A DNA stretch of 64,000 nucleotides. Source: Trichodelitschia bisporula (Eukaryota). Positions within the stretch are counted from its first letter, which is position 1. The number at the start of each line of letters is the position of its first letter. Under the pieces are notes generated by a model, which was not told the DNA's origin, ran no database searches, and saw only the letters and a program-made list of their open reading frames with translations. The translations under genes were made by a program, and so were the position numbers. Shown here piece by piece: positions 12,330-22,183 of this stretch. The stretch lies in assembly GCA_010356995.1 (NCBI GenBank), contig ML996706.1, positions 62,001-126,000 on the forward strand, read 5' to 3'.

Positions 12330-12650
12330 CGAAGATATAGGCTCTCCCGGAGATACATGAACCTATGCTAATGTACACAGTATTCGAGACAAACGACCCG
12401 GCGGACTCAAAACAATTACGAAAGAAGTTGCCCCAGGCAACTAAAAAGTACGAGACAACTTGCCTTTAGCAAGTCCAAAAAAAAATACGAGAGATGCCGA
12501 CTTCAGAGGGCGCGACGTGGATACGAAATATCCTCTTGACCTCTTAGGACGCGGAGAAGAGTACGAGATGTCTTCCAAATCCACTTACCTGACAGGACCA
12601 CGAAGGTCGAGATGCGAGAGAGGTAAGCCATCTCAAACCCCCGTATCTTC

Positions 12651-12695
12651 TCAGAAGAGCTTCGTCATCTTGTTAAGAAGCTTTTGTTTCGTCAT
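12651..12695 (-). ncRNA. Box C/D RNA-like unit 8
   Basis: ATGACGA-aacaaaagctt-CTTA-acaag-ATGACGA-agctctt-CTGA; stem cctgtatcttc/gaagatacggg. Confidence 0.55.
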
Positions 12696-13000
12696 CGAAG
12701 ATACAGGCCACACTCACCCGTCTCGGAGTGACATAAAACCTATACCGATGTAAAGAGTGTGCGAGATGGACGACCCAAAAATTCCACAAGGGTTACGAGA
12801 AAGGTTGCCAATGGCAATTCCATTGGATAACTGAATAGATACGAGACAACTTGCCAACGACAAGTCCAAAAAAGCGTACGAAAGATTTCGACCTCTGAGG
12901 GCGCGGAGGAGTACGAGATGACTACTAAAATCCACCTACCTGATGGGACCACGAGACTAAGATACGAGACAGGTGAGCCATATCAACCCTGTGTACCTTC

Positions 13001-13042
13001 TCAGAAATGCTTCCTCAACTTGTTAGGAGCTTGCTCCATCAT
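13001..13042 (-). ncRNA. Box C/D RNA-like unit 9 (degenerate C and D')
   Basis: ATGATGG-agcaagct-(cCTA)-acaag-TTGAGGA-agcattt-CTGA; long flanking stem. Confidence 0.45.
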
Positions 13043-13129
13043 TTGAAGATACAGGGCATGCCTTCAGGGTTGAAGTCTCACCTGCCTCGAATTGTCAATG
13101 GCAAGCGAGAGAGCGTTAGTATACGGAAA

Positions 13130-13375
13130 AGCTTGCCAACGGCAAGTGAGAGAGCGCAACAATAAGAGAGAACTTGCCCACAGCAAGTGAGAGAACGCAA
13201 CCATACGAAAGAACTTGCCCATGGCAAGTGAGAACGCAACCATACGAGAGAACTTGCCCGTGGCAAGTGAGAACGCAACCATACGAGAGAACTTGCCTAT
13301 GGCAAGTGAGAGAACGCAACTATACGAGAGAACTTGCCAGTGGCAAGTGTAAGAGCGCAACCATACGAGAGAACT
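13130..13375. repeat. 33-35-bp tandem repeat (about 7 copies)
   Basis: GAACTTGCCnnTGGCAAGTGAGA(GA)ACGCAACCATACGAGA. Confidence 0.9.
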
Positions 13376-13486
13376 TTTTTATTGCAAGTGGGAAAGCGTT
13401 CCCAGGGCAAACGCTTTTAAAGTTTTACGTCAGATAGGTTTATGTTTCTTCAACACAGGTGAGTCAAGTCAACCCTTTGTATATCC

Positions 13487-13527
13487 TCAGAAATGCCCAT
13501 TAACTTGTTCAGAGCTTGTCTCATCAT
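13487..13527 (-). ncRNA. Box C/D RNA-like unit 10
   Basis: ATGATGA-gacaagct-CTGA-acaag-TTAATGG-gcattt-CTGA, inside a ~160-nt hairpin (13433-13592). Confidence 0.6.
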
Positions 13528-13924
13528 TTGAAGATACAGGGCATGCCTTCAGGGTTGAAGACTCACCTGCCTCGAAGAGACACAAACCTATCGATGTAAA
13601 CAGTGACCGTAGCGGCGGAGACGCGAAGTACGAAAGAATTTGTCCCTGACAGGTGTGGCCGTTGCGGCGGAGACACGAAGGTACGAAAAAACTTGCCTAT
13701 GGCAAGTGCGGCCATAGCGGCGTAGACATGATGGTCTCTAAGAGTTGTCTAATGGTCAACTATACGAAAGAACTTGCCAATAACAAGTGAGGGAGCGCAA
13801 ATTTAAGAAAAAATTTGCCCATGACAAGTGAGCGTTGCCTAGGGCGGGCAAAGGCTCTAAAGGCTTACATCAGATAGGTTTATGTCTCTTCCAGAGAGGT
13901 GAGTCAAGTCAAACCTTTATCTCC

Positions 13925-13964
13925 TCAGAAATACCCTTCAACTTGTTCAGGACTGACTCATCAT
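13925..13964 (-). ncRNA. Box C/D RNA-like unit 11
   Basis: ATGATGA-gtcagtc-CTGA-acaag-TTGAAGG-gtattt-CTGA; stem tatctcc/ggagata, a compensatory change relative to tatcttc/gaagata in other copies. Confidence 0.6.
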
Positions 13965-14284
13965 TTGGAGATATAGGGCTTGCCTTGAGGCTCCCCTGTC
14001 TTGAAGAGACACAAACCTATCGATAAACTGTACGAAAGAACTTGCCTATGACAAGTGAGAGAGCCGAACTTTAAGAAAAAACTTGTCCAGGACAAGTGTG
14101 GGCGTAGCGGCGGAGACACGAAGGTCTCTAAGAGTTGTCCAGTGGTCAACTGTACGAAAGAACTTGCCCATGACAAGTGAGATAGCGCAACATTAAGAAA
14201 AAACTTGCCTATGACAAGTGAGTGAGATCAGATAGGGTTATGTCTCTTCTAGATAGGTGAGTCAAGTCAAGCCTTTGTATCTCC

Positions 14285-14324
14285 TCAGAAATGCCCTTCA
14301 ACTTGTTCAGGACTGACTCATCAT
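14285..14324 (-). ncRNA. Box C/D RNA-like unit 12
   Basis: ATGATGA-gtcagtc-CTGA-acaag-TTGAAGG-gcattt-CTGA; near-duplicate of unit 11. Confidence 0.6.
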
Positions 14325-14539
14325 TTGAAGATACTGGGCTTGCCTTGAGGTTTACCTGCCTCGAAGAGACACAAACCAATTGATGAACTGTACGAAAGAA
14401 CTTGTCTATGACAAGTGTGGCCGTAGCGGCGGAGAGTACGAAAGAACTTGCCTATGGCAAGTGTACGAAAGAACTTGTCGATGACAAGTGTGGCCATAAC
14501 GGCGGAGACACGAAGGTCTCGAAGAGTTGTCCAATGGTC

Positions 14540-14706
14540 AACTGTACGATAGAACTTGCCTGTAGCAAGTGTACGAAAGAACTTGTCGATGACAAGTGTA
14601 CGAAAGAACTTGCCAATGACAAGTGTACGAAAGAACTTGCCAATGACAAGTGTACGAAAGAACTTGCCAATGACAAGTGTACGAAAGAACTTGCCAATGA
14701 CAAGTG
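14540..14706. repeat. 27-bp tandem repeat (about 6 copies)
   Basis: GAACTTGCCAATGACAAGTGTACGAAA; the last copies are identical. Confidence 0.95.
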
Positions 14707-14740
14707 AGAAAGCGTGGCCTGAGGCAGACGCTGATGTTTT

Positions 14741-14930
14741 ACTTACCTGGTATTTGGGTCGAAGCCATGACACTGTATGTCGAGGCAGTGTGCAGTCAAA
14801 AGTCGATGGGGGCGTTGGGTGGAGCAAAGAGTGGAAGAAAAGGTGCTGCAGTCAAAGACTGTGGAAGAAGATGTGGATGTGGATGTAAAGGAAAGGTTTC
14901 TGGAGAGCCCCTCGAGGGGTATTTAAGGAC
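14741..14930 (-). promoter_or_regulatory. Putative promoter and first exon of the array's host transcript
   Basis: Minus strand: TATA-like TTAAATA at ~14920-14926, then a CT-rich leader (catccacatccacatcttcttcc), then a consensus donor CAG|GTAAGT at 14746, immediately upstream of the array. Confidence 0.45.
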
Positions 14931-15243
14931 CTGGGGAGCGCTAGTTGATATCGTGGGCACCGCTGGTGGATTCACCACAGCAGGCAGGTACCAGGGGTGC
15001 CAGCATTATGGGAGTGTGGGGAGGGGGACGATGAGGTGAATCGCTAGTTGATTTGCCAGAACGGGCGGGTACGCTGGGGTGGCGGCACGATGTGGGTGTG
15101 CGGAGCGGACGATGAGGTGAATGATTGCTATCGGGTGGGTGCTGCTGCAGCGGGTGATGGGCGGCACACGCTTTTTCCGAGCAGGTGCAATTTGGTACCC
15201 CATTCACTGGCACCTGCCAAACCGGGTCGAGCCCATCGGCCCA

Positions 15244-15345
15244 TGCCGACTCGGTACCGGCTCCATGCCGGCTTGGCACCGGCCCGTGCCGACTCGGCAC
15301 CGTCACATGCCGACTCGGCACCAGCCACATACCGACTCAGTGCCG
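15244..15345. repeat. Five 21-22-bp spaced copies of palindrome TGCCGA-C-TCGGCA
   Basis: Copies start at 15244, 15266, 15287, 15308 and 15330. Confidence 0.8.
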
Positions 15346-16426
15346 GCCATATACCGGCCATAACAACCGGGTGCAAGCGGCAACTTAATGAGTGAGCGGG
15401 CCGATGCTTGAAGAGAGCACATCAAAGGAGATGGGGAAGCATTTCACTGGGTTTGTTCAGCAAACGTATACGAATCGTAATTAGCATCGGATGGCGAAGA
15501 ACACATTGTACATGGAATGGTGAAGAGGAAACCGAGCCTTGAGTTTGATAGCGAGCGAGCAAGTATGCGATTTGCAATGCAATTGTGCTTTACGAACTAT
15601 GAACCATAATGATCTACAAATATAATGCTGCAAGTCAAGCGGAGAAGCCAACCCTCCTTGGCTCCAACAGCATCTACTAGCGTGTCAAACCGTATGATGC
15701 ACGATGCTGAACCGGTTATCATACTGGGGAAGGAAATGCGGTATTTCTAGGGCTCCAGAACGAAATGCTTTGAGAAGAGTTTGCTCTATGATAAAAATCC
15801 ATGGGAAGAGGTGAGGTTGGAGCTCACGGACAACATGTTACCAGTTGAAAATATCAGTGCATGTGATTCAAGGACTCGATGCTCCATAACGAGGTCGTGG
15901 AAAATTTCTTGAGACTCTGAAGCTTATGATGGGAGAGAGTGGTACCCGTATATTGCCTAAAGGCGCTCTCCATGGATAACAATCCTAGTTCATGAGCAGC
16001 GGACGCTTCATTGTGTAGCAGGGTAATAATCTACAGCTTCATGGATGTTCCGAATGGGAAAATCCCACTCCGGTCCAGCCTCGTCCACCAGCACGTGATC
16101 GAGCCTTGCGCCCCAAGGCGGTGATGGACATGTGATGCTGAATTAACAGTGAAGGTCCAAAGGATGGCAAACGCGGTCTAGAGTTCAAGTAATGCAGTTC
16201 ACTCATCTATGACATTTCAAATATATTTCTCATCAACGCCTCTGTGATCCTCCTTTCGAGCTTTTGGTATATGCCGCCGGCCAAATTTTGGCAGCGATTT
16301 TGGTAGAATGCCACGATGGTGCTCAGGAGCATCACCAACTTTCATGGCGTTACGAGCCAGCACTCAACTAAAAGGTTGATGCACTATCACCAAGGCTTCT
16401 AGCATAGCGTCACATATGGCGCTTGA

Positions 16427-16530
16427 TTACCTGCAGTACCTGTTACCCGATGCACCCATTACCCGCAGCATCCATACCCGCAACGCCCATCGCGCTCAGT
16501 CCCCATTACCCGCGGAACACATCACCTGCA
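16427..16530. repeat. Degenerate 16-bp minisatellite with TTACCCG core
   Basis: TTACC(C/T)G at 16427, 16443, 16459 and 16506; variants at ~16474 and ~16522. Confidence 0.6.
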
Positions 16531-16653
16531 AGAATTCATGAACTTCAAGGTCAAAAATCAGCAAACCTTAGGATCAATATTTAGCTCCAGAACACCTAAA
16601 AATGAATTTATTCCCCTAATAATGTCGACGTTCCATCAAATCTCCAATGTCTT

Positions 16654-18203
16654 TCAATGAAGTCCCTTCCGTGCCCAAACCGCCTCCAAAAACGCCGCAT
16701 AGCTCCACGTCAAATCCCGCGCACCACGCTCAAAGCCCTTCTCGCGATCAAACTGTTCGCTCAGACTGCCGGCCTCATCGGTATGCTTTCTGACGACTGC
16801 CAAAAAGTCGTCGCCCACGGCCTTCAGTCTCGCCAGTATCGTGTCAAATTTGGTCTCCCCAGCAGCGAATCCCGCTCCGGATTGTAGATTGTCATCGCGA
16901 AGAAGTGCGCGCCAAAACGGGACACCGATATCCGTAACGTTGACGACGCCTACGCTTTGCGCCCGAGCGGCGCGGAGATAGAGAACCTGGGCAACGGTGC
17001 TTGTGCAGAGAAACCACGGGTTGCCCATACCAGGCACCAGCTCGTAGCCGTCATAGCCATCCTCCGGGTATCGTCCAATTCCGACGCCTCGCAAGGGATC
17101 AGTGTCCGCGGCGTCATCCGCGGCGTTGATCGGGAATCGGGTGGCCATGTCTTTGACCAAGCCCAGTAACGTGGCCAAAACCTCATCGCTGAATACCGGG
17201 AGAGGCAAACTTCCGTCAGCGCGAGTGCCGTGGACAGCGCCGAGCAGAACACCGCAATCCAGTCCACTTCGGTCGCTATCAAACGTCTCGATAATGTAAC
17301 CTTTACTGCTGTCGCGGAAGCGAAGCAGCATGTTGTCCACCTCCGCTGCTTGTTGAATATACCAGTCTCCCGCGCCGGGGTCGCCCAGGACGTAGGCTAT
17401 CTTCGCGCCCTCCTTCAGCGCCCTTGCCTGAACGGCGGCGGTAAAGAAATGCATGCCGGAGACTTCCTCCCAGAGATCGAAGCCTTGCTGGTTCCAGTAT
17501 TGAGCGACGTACTCCAGATCAGCCTTGAGTGGTGAGCGCGGAGGCATTTCTGCCTTGTAGATGTCCGAAAACGTATCGCGGTTGGCAGCCCAGCGCTCCG
17601 GGTACGTCATGTTGAGAGCGTGGATCCATGAGATGAGTGTAAGGGCGCGTAGAGCAGGACCGTCGTGCTGAGGCCTTCCCCATGGGAGAGTGTAGGGCGT
17701 AGCATTTACGTAAAACTTTGGTTCTCCGAGGCCAGCAAGCGAGGGCGTAGATTGTAAGAGACTCGTGAGCGACGTATAGGCAGTAAGGAAAGGATTCAGA
17801 GAATGTTGCGAAAGGTATGAATGCGGATCAGAAGAATAAAATGATACGAGGGTGGAAGCTGTTAAGGCTGCGTCTCGGGTCCCTAAGGCACATTAGACTG
17901 CGGAAGAGACGGGGATTAAAGGATGGAAGTACATTGGTAGTAGTAGTCAGGATGCGCATGAGAGGGGCTTGCGATCACAGTGCCCGGCACGCAATCAGGG
18001 CAATTGGATCCGCCAGGAGCTATATTCTTGAGAAGATTGTCCAGCGCTATCTTCTCTTCCTCTTGCAACCAAGCATCAAGAGACAAGTCTACGTTAAGTG
18101 AGGCTTTCCAAGCATGAGTCGGGATGAAGATTTGAGGCTGAAGGAGAGCGTAGACATCGAGGAAGAGGTAGGCGACAACGATGAACGGGAAAAGGACAGT
18201 CAT
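16654..18203 (-). CDS. Glucoamylase (GH15), no starch-binding domain
   Basis: N-terminal hydrophobic segment. VIASPS..PDYYYQWTRDAAL across intron 17883-17932; GLGEPKF, WGRPQHDGPALRA, DLWEE, GRYPED, LSEQF...DLTWSYAAF. Confidence 0.95.
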
Positions 18204-18899
18204 GGCGCTGACGGATAAAGAAGAGATCTAGGGAGTCACGTCACAGCGTGGGAGGAAAAAGAGGTCTGTACGGGTAGAGGCTTAGCTCAAATTACACTGC
18301 GGTATATCCTTTGAAGCACAGAAAGATGAAGTCATGCGGAGAGCGGAGAGCGGGGAAGCTGGTATGACGGGACACGCGCTCTTTCCGCCAGTAAGATGCT
18401 GAGATAGCTGGTAAGGTACTTTGTACTGCAGTACAAGTTCGAGGAGCAAACAGGGTGACTGAAGAGCACAGGATGCGGTGGCAATGAACACCAGGAGCGT
18501 GAGCTTTACAGTACTCGCATTCGATGGCGTGTGGATGGGTCATGCGCTGATCTCCCATGCAGATCTCAAGGGTGCGGCAGGCGGCCTTTGTTTTCTCCGA
18601 CCCAAGTCTTATATGTCACTTCAAGTCACCAACATCGCGAATGAATCAATCATGATACGATCTCTGTGAATTTGTTCCTGTAAATTTGTTCCGGACGAAG
18701 TTGAGACATTGATGAAGTCAAAGAGAAAGCCTCATTCATCATGTCTACTCGAAAGTCTGGAGCTCCATTGTCGAATTAGATCAATTTTGCAAGGTTTCGC
18801 GAGAGCGCTCAAGTACAATCGCATCGAATGCGTCCCTCCGACAAGCACCGTCTTTGTTTAGCCGTCGATGACATCTTCCGGGCGGACTTCATCGCGCAA

Positions 18900-19768
18900 T
18901 GGCGATGACCCGTGAAGACTGAGTGAAACTTCTCCGGTGCCCAATCCTCCAAAGCTCTCGGCACCCTGTATTCCGTATCAGCAAGTTCTCTCACCGCAAT
19001 ATGTCCGACTGACTCTGGAAAAACTGAAGCGTGGAAGCCCCTGGAGCAACGGGTCCCAGTACGGAAGGACGCTGAAGTAGAAATTGCGCTCTCTAACCGC
19101 ACGCTCAAGGCGGTTAGTGGTGTGATTATCCATATCCCAGTTGGCGGCCATGTAGCACACCCAACCTTCCAAGTTGTTGAGCCCGGTCCAATGGTCTGCG
19201 AAACTGAAGTCCCATTGCTCCTCCAAGTCGGATATCTCCCAGAGGAACGGACGATCGCCATGATAGACGAGGAAAGCCTGATTTATAAGAGAAGAAATAT
19301 ATCTAGGGGCCGACTTACGGAGTATCCCCTTGGGAGACGTCTCTCATGCTGCAACGCATACAGCCACGCACAGAGGTACTGTGGGATGACCAGCGGCGGC
19401 GGGATAGCCATGTTTGTGGCGTTTTCGTCGTCCATTGGAAATGCTAACAATCGTTGTTTGTTGGCAGTGATCAAGGGGCCTCATTGATGGCAGAAGACGG
19501 CTTTCGGTAGCTGCCAAGGTCAGTGGAGCGCGTGGCGGCGACGGCTTGGAGGGGGCGCTTCGGGCACCGCTATCAGCAGAACAGGGTGGGTTTTTGCCCG
19601 GCGGCGGAAGGCGGTTGAGACACGACACGCGGCACAAGCGGCAGGGCACTCGGCTCCGGTGCCGACACCGCAAACAGCGTCGATTTCGGCCTCGGGATCG
19701 GCCTCGAAGTCCACCGCAGGTGCGCCGTCGGGAACCGAGTCGGCGAATTGAACTTCGGCTGCCATATT
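18900..19768 (-). CDS. Possible hypothetical gene or pseudogene (fragmented ORFs)
   Basis: Protein-like fragments MAAEVQFADSVPDG... and MEEQWDFSFADHW...; exon structure not resolved. Confidence 0.25.
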
Positions 19769-20678
19769 GCGTCTTAAAGCACTTCCCAAAGTTGAACGAC
19801 TTCGACCTGGTCCGTTACGCCATGCAATGTCAGGGTTTCCTTAGGCGAAATCGATGATGAAAAGTACGGATGCGGTCAGTGTATCGGAGTATCGGCATGA
19901 AAGCTAACACCCTTAGGCGCAGTCCATCAGCCTATTGAAATGTCTGGACACGAAAATCGCATGAAGAGCCGCCGGCGTTGTTTGTGGCAGATTTCAGCCG
20001 GGCCTTGACCGTACCGTCAATACTCCATTTCAGGGCCGTAGTATCATAATGAGCAGGAGACAGCAGGGCCTCTTTGTGGAGGCCTAGCTTGCCATACTGG
20101 GGAATATTCAGCTCGGCTTCCACAATATGTACCACTTCTTAACCAGGTCCTTCTATGCCAGTCATAGCTTTGTTCCTAGTCACATTCGATTGGAGATATC
20201 CTTTAAAATATGGAACTCGTTATACTCCCTAGGGAACAGCAACTCTGTTCAAAAGAAAGACGAAGGTACGATACGGAAATGGAAGACAAGTGTTCCCTCT
20301 CAAGCGCTTCCCTCTAATTCTTCCATTTAGAAGGTGTGCTGTTACCGCGTCGCAACCGTTGGTCTTGTCGTCTACTACACTTCCATGTGCTTCCAAAATC
20401 AGCAAGCAGCTTAAAGAGGGATCCGAGCAAAAGGATACCTTGATCGTTGCCTCGTGACTCACCGAGAGGCATAAGAGGCGAGAGAAACGGTCAATATTTG
20501 GCGTCCGAGAAAGTTGCGTGGGTTATATCATCGTCTTTGACGGCGGGAGTGGATTCCATGGCAACAATCCTATTCTGAAGGTCTTTGACTTGCTCACAAT
20601 GTGGTTGACCCGACCTGGTAGAGCCCCTCTTTTCGCCGGTATTTATCGCGGTAAACCTGCTTGCGGCCGCTCCCGAGG

Positions 20679-21500
20679 CTAGCAGGAGTCTTGATCATAC
20701 TGGTGCGTCTGCACCATGATAACCCAGTGTGTGGCAATGTCGTGACGGGCCCGCGCCAGCGAGGCTGCAAGTTCCCCTGCCTCCCAGTGCGTATGCGCCA
20801 CTGCGGCGCCCACATTCTCAACTGCTGCACGCACTTTCACCTTCTCGATCTTGAGATTCTCGATCTCCCAGTCATGCCTCGCCAGCTTATCTTCCAAGTT
20901 GTTGTAGAATTCGTTGGTCACATGCTGAAGGAAAGTCTGGACATTCTCAATTGTTTCGTGAACGAGAGCGATTGCCTCGATTATCCAGCGGTCGTCCGGG
21001 TCTAAGGGCGACACTTGTCGCTCTGGTCGGAGGGCTGAGTCGGTCACGATTGGATTCTGGGCTCCGCAGTTTGGATCCTGGATTTCAGGGTTTGGATCTT
21101 GGATTTCAGGATCAGGACCTTGGATTTCAGGGTCAGGATCTTGGTCTTCGCCGTTTGAATCTTCGACTCCAAGGTTTGGGACACGAAATGTAACGATGCA
21201 TGAGCGATCGGGGCCAGCTTGTGAAGCGAAATCTTCCCGTGAGGGATTTTTGCTCCCGCCGAACGGACCAAGGTCTATCTCAATGGGATCGGAGTCCACG
21301 CCTTGCCAATGTCGAATACGAGTGATTGGAGCCGAATCTGGGTCTACCGGATCCGAACCCGTCCGGGATTTGATCATTGTCACTCGTGCTCTCTCTGATC
21401 TTGCTTTTGCCATAGGGGGGGGTTTGGCCATTGTCCGTCGAGCTCTCAGCGCTCTTGCTTTTGTCGGAGACGAGGCTTTTCGTTCGGATCGCTTCGATGG
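20679..21500 (-). CDS. Hypothetical protein with 7-aa (DP)xPEIQ repeats and C-terminal coiled coil
   Basis: ~270-aa open frame with basic N-terminus; 21-bp repeat at ~21075-21145. Confidence 0.5.
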   Translation of the reverse strand, partial: PSKRSERKASSPTKARALRARRTMAKPPPMAKARSERARVTMIKSRTGSDPVDPDSAPITRIRHWQGVDSDPIEIDLGPFGGSKNPSREDFASQAGPDRSCIVTFRVPNLGVEDSNGEDQDPDPEIQGPDPEIQDPNPEIQDPNCGAQNPIVTDSALRPERQVSPLDPDDRWIIEAIALVHETIENVQTFLQHVTNEFYNNLEDKLARHDWEIENLKIEKVKVRAAVENVGAAVAHTHWEAGELAASLARARHDIATHWVIMVQTHQYDQDSC

Positions 21501-22183
21501 CATTGCGAAGGAAGCTATGAAGTGCTGCACAGGTATAGCAATAAATCTATAGATGTGAGAGTGATGTTCTCTTGCAAGTATAATTAGACGATGTCAAGGG
21601 CGAGAGTTGAGAGAAGACAGCGAGGCAGGTTGACTTCATCCCCACGTAGATCTTGTTTCTCAGAGAGCAGGAACCATGAGAGTACGGCAAGTGCGGGCTC
21701 GATGACCAGCATCACCGACAGCAGGACATCAATACTCACACACGGAAAGAGTGTTGGACAAACATGTCATCTCGTCACCGTCACTTTAACTACTGCTCAA
21801 GAGATGCCCAACATCTTCGAAGTTGAGCAGTGCCGAGCCACAGCCTTGCGGCTTTCGAGATCCCCAAAGCCGACAAGGCCCACACAGAGGCAGATGAAGC
21901 ATCCTAGCTCAAATCATACCGACCAAGAGACGGACCGCTCCTCATCCTTCAAAGACACCATCTCCAAAGTCCCATACAGTCGCATACCTCAGCTTCGCAA
22001 TTCCGTTCACCATCCATTGCCAAGTGCGGCCATCGCACGATTGGCCAATTGCGATGACGTGCCACGAGCGGGGCCGGGGCACCACCGCGTTGATCCCCGC
22101 AGTCGGAGCGCTCAACCGCGGGGGCTTACATATCCAGCCGGCAAAGGAAGCCACCCTTCAAACTAAATCCCAACTTTCACCGC

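Larger units (their letters stand above)
9628..14706 (-). repeat. Hierarchical tandem array: 12 stem-enclosed box C/D units separated by short-repeat spacers
   Basis: On the + strand TCAG...TCRTCA...TCAG...TCATCAT, flanked by inverted repeats (e.g. GTATCTTC/GAAGATAC), recurs every 350-517 bp. Spacers are rich in TACGA(A/G)A. No sustained ORF. Confidence 0.9.

Noticed and set aside
13433..13592. MITE (inverted repeats around a short core)
   Set aside because: No target-site duplications; copies are co-oriented and regularly spaced; internal C/D boxes are more conserved than the ends; units 1-2 use an unrelated stem. Not fully excluded without a genome-wide search.
9600..14710. Protein-coding reading of the array (YEK / CTKELANDK / RTQPYERTCPW repeats in the ORF track)
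   Set aside because: Repeat units of 35 and 38 bp and C/D cores of 40-63 nt repeatedly break frame, and stops recur. Conservation follows RNA boxes and stems rather than codons.
9600..14710. CRISPR array
   Set aside because: Eukaryotic context, no cas genes, and period 350-520 bp with internally repetitive spacers.
14738..14900. U1 snRNA gene (ACTTACCTGG on the plus strand)
   Set aside because: No U1 stem-loop I/II motifs or Sm site follow; it is simply the complement of a consensus 5' splice site.
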